A stretch of 63,848 bases of DNA, filler included, from Phoronis australis (taxonomy: Eukaryota > Animalia > Phoronida): assembly GCA_002633005.1 (NCBI GenBank). It is 5 parts of 5 records of this genome, joined end to end, with 100 filler letters (N's around TTAATTAATTAA, not from the genome) between each part and the next. Parts side by side here need not be neighbours in the genome. Positions count along the whole stretch, not along the records: positions 1 to 29,748 come from NMRA01000876.1; 4 more parts are not named here. One strand, given 5' to 3'. Of this stretch, positions 11,663-23,600 are shown piece after piece. The notes under the pieces are model-generated. The model did no database searches. It was not told the origin of the DNA and saw nothing but the letters and a program-made list of their open reading frames with translations. Position 1 is the stretch's first letter. Each line of letters opens with the position of its first letter. Both the position numbers and the translations under genes were made by a program.

Positions 11663-14600
11663 TGTGCACAAGTGCGTGTGTGCGCGTGCGTGTGTGCACG
11701 TGCGTCCGTGCACATGCGTGTGTGCACGTGCGAGAGTGATTTTTATGTTCCTTCATTGTATTCTGATTTTCAGACATATCCTAAGAAACGAGGAAATTTC
11801 AATACCATATACACGTATAACCTGCGCAATGTATCTCACCATATTAAACACATAAAACAGCTCTCTTCGCCGCAACACAAGCGTATAAATCACGGTTGGA
11901 AATTCTTCTTGACCGTATTTTGTCACTTTCCTCCTTGCTGTAAAGTTTCGCACCACCCACTCAACGTTGACTGGAGAGAAATAACAGTCGGGAAAAGAAA
12001 AGAACAACCAGGAATGAATTTACATACAGCAGTTCACAACAGACTGTCAGTATTTGTGTTCTCAGAGCTAAGACAATTGTAATTTGAAGCAATTCAAATC
12101 CCTGCTCAAAACCAAAACACAACCTACTGCAATTACAACGAAACGTACTATTGTGACTTTCTTATTGAGATTTTGGGAGGATATCTAATCCAATATTTAT
12201 CGATCCCGTATCGTCTACCATAAGAGGCGGATTTTTTCTCATTTCATTCCAACTTGAGTTTTGACCTTTCAGTTGGCCTGTTTGACCCTGCTTCTAAAAC
12301 ATAATACCAGAAATGGATCCTGCGTCTCACAAAGTATCAGAAACGATAAATTGCCGAATCCTATAAAACATTGTGTTCAAAAGATGAAAATTGGTCGAAA
12401 GTCAAGATGGCAAATGTCGCCTTACTTGAATTATAACGTGGAAAATAAATCTGAAACTAAAAGAGGCGATCCAGATCCTCTAAAGGATACTATTGTTTGA
12501 CGAAATATAGAATATATATAGGTAAGTAAAACAACAATAACGTAACAACTGAAAATTTCAGTTGTTCCATTATTGTTGTTTTATTTAACTATATATATAT
12601 ATATAATTCAAGAATATATATATATATATATTCTTGAATTATAAATAATTATCAAGGTTGCACTTTGTGCAGCCAAGTTAATGCTGTTCTCATGACCAAA
12701 TATAATAAATTTTAAAATAGAACTTTACAGTAAACAACATTGTAGGGTCAAATTTTTGGAAACTGTTGTCTAGTGTGACGTCATTATATTATTTAACACC
12801 AAAAAATCAAAACTACTATGCAAAATAAAAATTTTCCTGATTAAACAATCTCTTACTGGATATAGAAACTAACATTCAAATGCTTTATTAATTAGCATAT
12901 GTTGTGAACCAACATCTGCCTCACGAATTTTTTAAAACAAACGTTGCGCCACATGGTCAAAGATGTTGCGCTTCCGTGTCAGTGCGTGTATCTTACCTCC
13001 ATAGGAACCGAGATCGGCGGTTTTACTTATGAGTTTCCAATCAATTCCTTCTATGTTGAAGACCCAAGAGCCGAATTCCAGTTTACACGACTAAAAAAAC
13101 CAGATATACTTTCCTAAGCGGAAAGAAAATAAATGTCTAATATGATCCTTTGCAAGAGTTAAGTTCCAAAATTAAAAACAAAATTGATAAAAAAGATATA
13201 GCTTGGTCACGAGAACTCACATTTAAATTTTACCTAATCATACGTTATATAATTCTAGTTGAGAGCATATGATGAACCTCTTCAAGTAAAAGTTTACTAA
13301 ATTACAATGAATGGTCGTTTCGTAAAGGACGTTCGGAAGTGTCAACTCAGTCGGGAATTTTGCGGTGCATCATAGAGGTTCAAAATTAAATTAGATTAAA
13401 AAATTAATTAAATTCCATCAGTTTTTAAAAATAAATGTCGTGTTGAAATAGCTCACTTTAGAATGACTTAAGTACACGTCTCTATATTCAATAGCTGTCA
13501 GTAATAAATAATGGTCCGGTTTTTGACACCTGACAATATTGAGGGGAAAAGCATCGGAATGGAGAAATGAGACTGATTTTATGAAGGTAAAAGGGTTTTT
13601 AAAAAGATACTTACATACTTCGACAGAGCTCAACCAAAACTTGGATAAACCTTTTATCATAATTATTCGGCAGTTAAGTTGAACCTTTTTCGGAGTAAAA
13701 TAGCGTTTTTGTCAAAATTTTGTCGCAGTTTAATTTCACACCATCTCGCCTACTCGTTCATTGTTAGAAATGGACTTGAACAGGAAGTTATTGCAATTTC
13801 TACAACGTACATGGAAAACACTTGTCGAAATTTAGTTAATATTTAGAAGGAATTGTTAAAACGGACATTTGATTACGGTTTTATGAGTCACAACTTTGTC
13901 AAATTTCGAGGTTGTCTAGTTCATTTTGATAACTATTGTGAGTGGCTTAAGTCAAAAATTAGTTTTTGCAAGGAATAAAAAACGAGTTTATTCCATGTTC
14001 CAAAATGTCTTGTCAAAAACTATGACCATAGATTGTACTATAGTCTATGATATGACCAACAGGGGTGCTACAAAGTGAGCTGCGCTGTAGATCTGCTAGT
14101 ATTACACGTACCTGTTAATCAAAAGGGAAGTAGGTGATATCTATAGGGCAGCTACTTAAGATTTTGGCCGGGAAATTCCACTGCACTCTGCCGTCCGAAG
14201 TGATAATAGCCATGTTATCCTGGGTAACATCAAATGGTGAGTCACCTTCACCACCAGCACTAGAGATGAAAGCAATATGAAAAATGAACAGTTTGAATTT
14301 GCAAATTAAAAAGATGTCCTATTGGCCCAAATTCAACTACATGTATGCATGCTTCCTCTGAATTCAAACCTGATGACCACTAGACAAACCGCTTTCACTT
14401 GCTGAGTCAGAAAGCTCTAATTACTTTCACTAACTGCGATAAGCATTGCGTGTTTTTTTTTAAAAACTCTGAAAGGGAGGAAACCTGACTACTATATCGT
14501 TGCAGCAACTACCATGACCATCAAACACAGCATACGTGTAGATCAATTATAGAACGGTGAGTGTCACGAGTCTTTACACAAATACATACATGTATGTAGA

Positions 14601-17600
14601 AATGTTTTCAGCGATTGCTGTTTGAGCGAGGCCACAAAGTTCAATAACTGATATTTCGAGAAGAGTCTACCGGAAGTTTGAATTTTCTGACACTCCAAAC
14701 TTTATTTCTCAGTGAGTGTCAACGCGGAATCGAACCCGCAATCTGTGACGGAACTAAATCCCACACGTACTTAACTGGTGAAGTCACCTGGATGTCAACG
14801 AATGAACTGGCATACGACTGCTGCAATTGACATTTCGCTAGGATTTTCAGTAATAGCTTAACTGACGCAGCATTCTTTACACACTTTCCTTTCCAAGCCA
14901 CCATTTTACCCGATAAACATCACGTTGCCTGGTAGAACTTATTGTTCGTTTGTCTACATTTCGCAAGATGGAGAGCTTGCGATAGGTCAGTTGAAGATTT
15001 GTAATAAAACCACAACATACAACAGATTCCGATTTTTCTTAGCTTTGGTCCAAGCTAACAAACTCAAGACGTTTATCTGGGCAACATTAACCTCAAAAAT
15101 GCACCGTCAGTCTTAAAACGACAATGCCCCTCAAGGAAAACCCCATGCAGGTTTTTTTGAAAATTCACATTAATTTCTTAAGCCAATATTTTATTGAATC
15201 TGGGTCAATAAACTTTTCCATGTCAACGCATCCTCCGAAATTTATGACTTCACCATGAACGCATGCTCACGTACGCCATCACGAGATTGGCAAAGTGTTT
15301 TGATCGGGATGACTGGATTCCGTGTGACTCGTGGTTTCAGAAATATGTGGGACAGTTAGTTGTTTGGTACATGAATATTTCAAGATGATGGCGACATTTC
15401 TATGTGAACTTCGCTAGTAGGATCGTTGGCAGTGTGAGTTGTTCTGGTGCCTACTCACGTGAGGCAACTCGTACTCTAAACATTGGCCTTTTGTCACCTC
15501 AACGCTACAGTATGTTAGGGCGCCTAAGCCAGATTGTGACAAACCTGTCCTTTCATAAAAGTTAAATTAAGGTTATCTCAAACCTTATTTAGTGGCTTCC
15601 ATTCTAACTCGTATATCAAAAACGGGCTTTATCAACTAGTGAAAGTATGTTTCCTGAAAGAAAACAGATCAGGGATTATAAAAATATAGTTTATATTCAT
15701 GTGTCATTATTATTATTATACATTAATAGATCAGAATTACTACATGTATTGAAATCACGATTTATGGGTGTATTAACCAATCCTACATTATGTTTATTAG
15801 GAACAAAACTATCCCACTTAAAGGAGAATGCCACCCAAAAAACAACCCATTTTGTATCAATTTAGATCGAGTTGTTCCACTCGATAACAGCAAGTACAGG
15901 TCTTTTACCCGACATCTGACGGCAGACGGAGGTGTTGAAATTAACCAATGACGCCAGAGGTTCAAAATTCCCCTAAAACCTGACCCTAGGATATCAAATG
16001 GAATTATTGTTTCACAATGGCTTTCTGTCAGCAAACACTGAATTAGCATGCGCTCACACTGCCTCGGAGCCCGCTCAATTAAATGGTTTTGCATCTAAAG
16101 CCGATAACGTAGTGGTTTATTCATTGCTGGCTTATCAAAGCACTTGCTCTCATGAACAATCCAAGGCATTTCAGATTTTATCTAATGAGACAGACTTTGT
16201 TTCAGTATGATATAAGCATTGGCTGGGGTGAGAATAATAAATTTTGAAACAGAACGCACAACTTAACGTCAACGTGGCAACTTGCAATCCCGACTTCGAC
16301 GAGTGTTCATCCGACAAAGACTTCACAGGTCGATTGTTAGGTTTCGCAGGCTATCAGTTTGAACCCGAATACACTGATCAAGAAATAATAAAGAGTCTCC
16401 GTAAACGTGCACAGACAACGGAACATGTGAATAGTTTGAACTTGTCACTGTAGTGTCAGTGAGCAACTGCTCGATAATGGAACGAATGACGCTTGCGTTT
16501 GCTGCCACGAAATTCCGCTAGTGAAACGAATTCTTGGAGAAGGGCAGATGTGTCTCAAGGATCATCCTGATTTTGCACCGCGTCGAAAAAAGGTTTACGA
16601 CGTTTTTTCCAAAAACTGATCAACAACCGATCCGACGAAGTGCAGTCCACTGACAGACACGGAGAAGTGTCACGGTCTGATATTTGGTATTAACGGCGTA
16701 GTTTTCATTCTGCACCACACAAGTCACTTCCGAAGCATGATGGGCTCTCGAGAAAATCGAAAAAACGACATACCCGCTTTCCTCACAGCTTCATAGTTCG
16801 CACAAGCGGGAACAACACACCACATCATAACGGAACTCACTCTGCCGAAGAACCACTGACGTCGTTGCGTCGTTTCTCACCTTCCTTACAAGTTAACGCG
16901 GCACCTCTCGGCGAGGTAAGATCTACTGTATACGCGGTGATGCGGATATAGACCGATTAAGACGGTAAGATAGACTAATTAAATTGGGTGGCATTCTCCT
17001 TTAAGATATATGCCTATACAAGTCGGGTTTTCTGTGCACCGAGGAGGACAATGAGCCAAATTCGTGACGCCGAACTAAATAAATACACCTAGGAAACTTA
17101 TACAATTATCAGATTCCTTAGTGAATTTTATGCTATCTCATAAAGTGTTCATCTAATCAAGAAAAGATTTGTTATTGTTAGGACGTTCAAAAATCAGAAA
17201 GATATCGTCTACATAACGTTTATAGTATACAGGCATATCACAAGAGAAGTTGCTAAAAGCCAACTCTTCTACATGTAAGTGTATCATCCAGTCAATACTG
17301 GACCTAATGGGCTACCCATAGGTACACCATCACTATGATTTTTTCAATCCTTTATTGGGAATTTACCATTTGACAATTGAATATATCGTGGTTGCCACAT
17401 TCATGTCTTTACACCCACAATCACTCATCAATTTACAGAAAAGGTTCCAAATTTTCCCCATTTTTGTTACAGTTTGACATATTTGAGTTGTTACATGCTA
17501 TATAGATTTCAGAGCTGTAATAGCCACTGATGTAGGCGTTAACACACAAAATTCGCCGTTTACATTTAGAATTAAAGATAATTTGTTTTCCCAAAAATAA

Positions 17601-20600
17601 GAACATGTCAGACAGGAATTCTAGTTTTTTTTTCTATACCAAGGATTACTGTTTTGTAGGAGAGAGTGCCAACATTACGACCAGCATACTTGTCAATAAG
17701 CTGGCTGTTAGGATAAATCCAGAAATGTTCAGCGTAGTCACTTTCCCACTGATAATTGTTGCAACTTCTCAACCGATTCTTTACACTATGAGCAGGTATC
17801 GTCTTCCTTAACATTTACAATTTTCAAAAATGAGTTTGTAGACAAAAGTCTGTTTAACAATCTAAACTAAAACCATCTATTTTTTGATCTTTTGTGGGAA
17901 TAGTTGTTTTCCTAAAACATAAAATAGGATTGGTTAACACACTTATAAATCGTGCTTCCAAAATGTGTAGTATTTCGGATCTGTTTGATCAGGCGCTACA
18001 TTTCCTTGAATATGTTCTGGTTAGAAATAGCGATCCTAAGCTATTTTCCAAGTCATGGTAGATTCGTACGCAATAGGAATGTCGTTAGACTTGTAACTGA
18101 CAAGCTGAGACAACAAAAACTGTTTTTAAATCTGCCATATTACGGTATCAACCGTACTTTTTTGAATCGGCAAAACGTCAGAATGCTTAAATCCATTACA
18201 GATCTTGTTAAATTGTTAAACATATTTAAGGCTAATAATAGACTTGGTTCACTATCCAAATTTAAATCACCGTTGTCTACTTTACAAAAACGTTACGTAG
18301 TTAACCAGATTAATTGTACTGATTGTAACAAATTTACGTTGGTTTGACTAACAGTTTTGTGTAACAGAGTAAAAGAAGATTGTAAGGATAACCATACAGT
18401 GCTGTCGTAAATTATTCATCAGAGACTGGTCATAATATTGCTTATTCTGACATGAGTGTCTTGGGCTCAGACAACCACTGTATGGGATTGTTTATAAAAG
18501 AGGCTATTCACAAAAAGGAGAAACATGGCGAGCGTTACCTAAACACGAGTATTAGAGCTTACAATCTCCAGCTGTAGTGATTGACGTTGTCCTGTTCCCA
18601 GCAAATTTCTCTCATGCATTTCGACATGATCCTGAGCAGTGTGACTAAATATATATAATGTGTTTTGATTCGTTTGAATTGATGCTCTCCTAATACTTCT
18701 CCCTAAAGATGGTTTGTTTGCAATAAACCGAAACGTCGGATTTCGATATGTCAATCTTAACGTGTGCGCTTGTGATTAGACTCTTCCTAAGGACTAACTT
18801 GCGAATGAAACAGAGTGATTCACTTTCGTGTATCCGACATCGGCCACAAAATAAGAGATATTTAACCATACGCAATGAATCAGTCGAGTGCAATAAAACG
18901 ATGTAATATTGTTTTCCGTATTCATCCCCCGCATTACTTCAACAGTCCTCGGACATGGGAAGTCCAGAAGGTTGGTCAATGTCGACTCGACGTCATTATC
19001 CGGTTCGACCGTCAAACTTTACCAAAATAGTTTGAAGTAATGCAACTGAAAGAAAACTTCCTGCAGATTCCAAAATTGTGGCCCAAAGTACTGTCAACCA
19101 ACTTTTTCTTTTTCAATTCTGGCTTGTTTGAGGGCTACCCGAAAACGCAGCCGGCTTGTCAATCTTTACCCATTAATGCACAAATAAAACGGGGCCGCCA
19201 TTTTGAAAAGGAGTGCAGTTACAGCCGTGCAACTCGTCTTTTCTAATTTGAACCATGTTCAGGAATGCAATTAAACCAGATTCACTGAGCTTAAATTTAC
19301 ATGCAACGCCTACCTCAAAACTGCACCCCAAATCTAGCCTACCCCTAGAATTAATTTTTTGACACGGCAAATTAGCCACGACGGTAGCCTAACTGTTCAG
19401 TGCCACGTCAGCTTCAACAACCGGAACAACCAACGCTCCTAGCAATCCCAGCTGCGAAAGTAAGAGCCCAAGTTCCCATAATGGCTAGAGGTAACTTTGA
19501 GGACTGTTAAACACATAGAAATTGGATGGTTAAGGTTATGACCAACCTTATTTAGTGGCCTCCATTCTAACACATATAAAAAAACTAAGCTTTGTCAACT
19601 AGTGAAAGTAAATATTTTCTGAAAGAACAAAGACCAGGAAAGATAAATATACTTTTTGTATTTATTTGTCATTATTATTTTTACGTAAAAAGCTTTTTTA
19701 AGTAAAAATTTCATTTTTAAGAAAGGTACATTCATAGCAAAATAACCCCTCGGTTGATTTTAACGAAAAATTTTTTAAATGAAAACTTCATCAATTACCT
19801 CAAAAACACTGTTAGGAATTTTCGATTAGTTTGTTCGTTTGGTTTCTATGACAAATCAACTCGCAAAACGTAAGGTATTTTTGTAAAAAATTGAAGTCGT
19901 ATTCGTCTTTGTCACATTACACAAAAACTAAGCTTTTATATCAAAAATCCTAAAAGCGTTTTTGAGATTGGTGACTAAATATTAAGTTTGGAAAGTTTCA
20001 GCGAAATCCATTGAGCCATTTTCGAGAACTCGTGTTCCTAAGTTCAAATAAAGTCGATTTGCCGAAGCCGAGAAAAAGCCGATTAAACTGGGACACGTGA
20101 AAATCTCTAAGTCTTTGGTTAATTATTCTGTGAAAACTTGTTTTCGGTATACATAACCTATAGAATCCTTAACTATGTCACCTATTTCAATGTTTTCTTG
20201 CAATGTCAACTAATTTTGCAGTGCGTAACTAACTTAAATATCATTAAAACCTCAAATAGACCTATCTTTCGCAGCCAACTTTTGCCGTTTTGTACGACCT
20301 ACTTAGAAAAGTAGGTCACAGTTCATAGCCTGTACACGTCACGTGCTGGGAGACTGATACCAAACCAAGTAAGAAATGGATAACAAAAATTGAATTGGTG
20401 GTTAAAGTAAGTCGTTAACATGAAATCGAAACATCGAAATGTTAATTTAATAATTGAATTAAGGAATAAGGGGGAGGATTTATCTCTTTTCACAACTTAC
20501 TGTGTTCATGACCAGACTGAGGCCTGAGGCAACTCGTAGCATTTGTTTTCAACGTCAACGGTCGTATGCATGTATTCGTTTTCCCCGGGACCATTCTATC

Positions 20601-23600
20601 ATAACCATACCTCGTTGGTTCAATGTTATGGCGAATTTGTGAATGAAAGAACTGAGGGTATACCGAAGCTGTTCTGTACCTGGCGGGAGACTCGATTTAC
20701 TTGAAAGCCCTTTAACCTTTGACCTTAGATAAGTGCTAAACAAATATCCACGCGGTTGTGCGGTTCCAAGGTGGTTCTGCTAAATCTTTTTTTCTCGCTA
20801 CGCAGTATGTATTTCGTATTTGAAGTTCCCCAAGAATGAAGATAAGGTGTTTTGCTAGACACAAGTGAAATTTTGTAAAAATGGCCAATTTTTGTGAATA
20901 AGGTTGGAAATATCCTTAAGTTTGAAATTTGGTTGATAAGCTCAGTTCAATTTGGATAAACTGCTTTTCTACGGAAGGTGCTCAATACCCAATAAAAATG
21001 AAACATGATTGCCAGGAAATATTGACTGTTTTTCTAAAACATACCTGGTGTATAACGTGATGTCTGGTCTCCACAGGGAACTGGACTGAATGGCCGTTCT
21101 GTTCATCCCGTAGAAATCGGTTGCGTCCCATTTTAAATGGTCATCAGTCCATGACTAAAAGAAAAGGATATAATTTTGTGTCCAGAAATGATAGAAATTC
21201 ATGGATTCCAAGATGATGCGAGGAAAGCAGAACTATATAGGACGTTCTGACCTATTATACATTTTAAAGGCACGTTCGACAATAGGGTATCCGATTCCTG
21301 TTTCCCTGGAAGGTATTGACTACACATGTAGGTTAATCAAATTGAAGCTTTTTATCAAAGGTCAACTTGTGATCTGGAAAATGCCAAAATGAAACTGACG
21401 AATCGTTCCGAGTCTGAAATTTTGTGCAAACCCAAGTAAGAACTTAAAAATTGTTTTTAAAACAAATTTTCAAACGGAAGAGCATTTCTAGAGAAAAGTG
21501 TTTTCTCAACCTAGATGTGGAGTCTTGCCGCCGAAAGTGGAAACTGGCCGTTTTGGTATTTTTGGTCCCGTTGAGGAGCATTTGTATGATTTTTGTGCTG
21601 TCCCATGCGTAGTAGACGATTAAATACATTTCCTGTGCTCTTTAGATCTCTACATTGATCTCAGAACAGCGATATTTGCAGAGGTCATGCTGTTCTGCCC
21701 TCCTTTGGTGAGCTTGGAATTCAGAATCAGATATTTTCTTGACGACTAACACCTCTGTGAGCAAATGAGTCGTCAGCTTTATTTAAAACACATCTCTCTG
21801 GCGAAAAGAGCTACTGTTTAATAAATTTAATAAATAATGATCGAAAAGCTTGGTCTGATTTTCTTTTTGTCATTGTATGCATGTATGTGTTGCTTATTTT
21901 GTACTTTTTTGGAAATGGTGACGTATAAGCCCAAGCTGTGGCTGGGTAGCAATTGCAACAAGTCGACAAAATAAATGAATATTGATTGAATGATTGTGTG
22001 CATCCAGAAATAGTGAAGTTGTGTTAACTGTCTGCATGTGGTTTTCCAAGCACTGCCGTTAGGCAAGTCTACGACCATAGCTGCAGGCGGTCTTAAATGG
22101 AAGATTCCGACATGTCAATCAAATCACTAATTCCAGCCAATCAAGGCGTGTTGAATGGAGACACTGCATATATTGTTGCCAACACCAGACCACCAGTGGG
22201 CACCAACAAAACTTTTCGTTATTTAGACAGCTTTCCCTCAACGTCATTGGGCTACGCAGGTACCAGCACATCTTGTCACTAATATCATAGTGCAATGCAA
22301 GAATGACTGTACTGAACGCTACGTACACCATTGGTAACTAAGATACATTTCCGACTGTTAAAGTGATCCCAGGCATAAATCTTGGTGTCCCTTTAATTAA
22401 AATTTACCAAGCCTACAAGGAAAAAGTCATTGAAAAATACATGTCCAATATAAATTGTTGTAATAGTCAACTATCTGGTGCATTCCCATCAAATACATGA
22501 ACGCCAAGTTTCGGCAAACATCTTCATGCCACGACACGAAAAAACATGGTGGGCAATGAATTTAAAAAATAAGGGTGTCGCAGAGGTCGGATACAACCGA
22601 AACTGCTGGCGCCTTCCTCAAACAGTCCTCAAGATTGTACAGTGGTTTGGACAACAGACAGCGCAGAAGGGATTCCTTGTCAAAAATTGAACGGCCAACG
22701 AGTAGTTGAATGCGCCCAAAAGAGTGATTAATGGCGGCACATCTCATCCGGGACACCTTAGGTATTTTGTAATGTACATGTACCGAAGGTGTCCCAAATG
22801 ACCTCGACTAGCAGTCTGTAGAATTTACGTCAGAGCAAAAAACTACAATCCAAAGTTCAAGTATGAGTAATTATTGTTTCACATTCATTTGCACATGTGC
22901 GAATTTCAGTTACCATAGAAAGTAATGGTGACTCTCGAAATGGACATTGCCGTCGCAGATGCCGTGTCTCATTAAATCCCTTAACATTGAACATTTGTAG
23001 CAACCGCCACCTAGTGACTCCTGGAGAACTGTGTGCAAAAGTATAATCAGGAAGAGAAACAATTTGTACATAATTTGCGGATTTAAAGAAAACACCACAA
23101 CTGATACACTTAAACACAACTGGGAACATATAAAATGCCCTAGTAATTCCAAATATTACGCAATTGTTACTTAATAGTGATATAAACAAATAATAAAAAC
23201 TGTGTCTTGTTTCATTAGAGTAACGACAAAGCTGCTGGGGTTCCCAGGGATTCCTGTGTCGGTAATGTGGACGAGAAGTGTATGCAAATACCTAGAATTT
23301 GCACTACTAGAGACGCAAAATGGAATGCTGTTGAATATTCTCCAAGGTGACGGCAAAATGAAATTACAGAACGAAATGCTTTCGTGTTGGTCCCCGTGAG
23401 GATTGCTCGCGGAGTCGCCCGCCAGGCCCGTCAGCTGTCGGTGGTTGCACTCTTTCACAGTGTAACGAAAGGCAGCACTGTGAAATGTTGTTTATCATGG
23501 CTTCTCATTGGTTAAAGTAATGAAACGGATGTCGTAACATTCAGTCATTCCCATTCGTTGAAATCTGGGAAACCCCTTTCAATTTACTGTACTATTATGG

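Noticed and set aside
14715-14780. tRNA gene (B-box-like GGTTCGATTCC on the minus strand)
   Set aside because: No cloverleaf or A box could be built; at most a SINE head remnant.
17340-17815. Possible LINE endonuclease relic on the minus strand ([16 protein letters not shown])
   Set aside because: Only two weak motifs; not supportable by eye.
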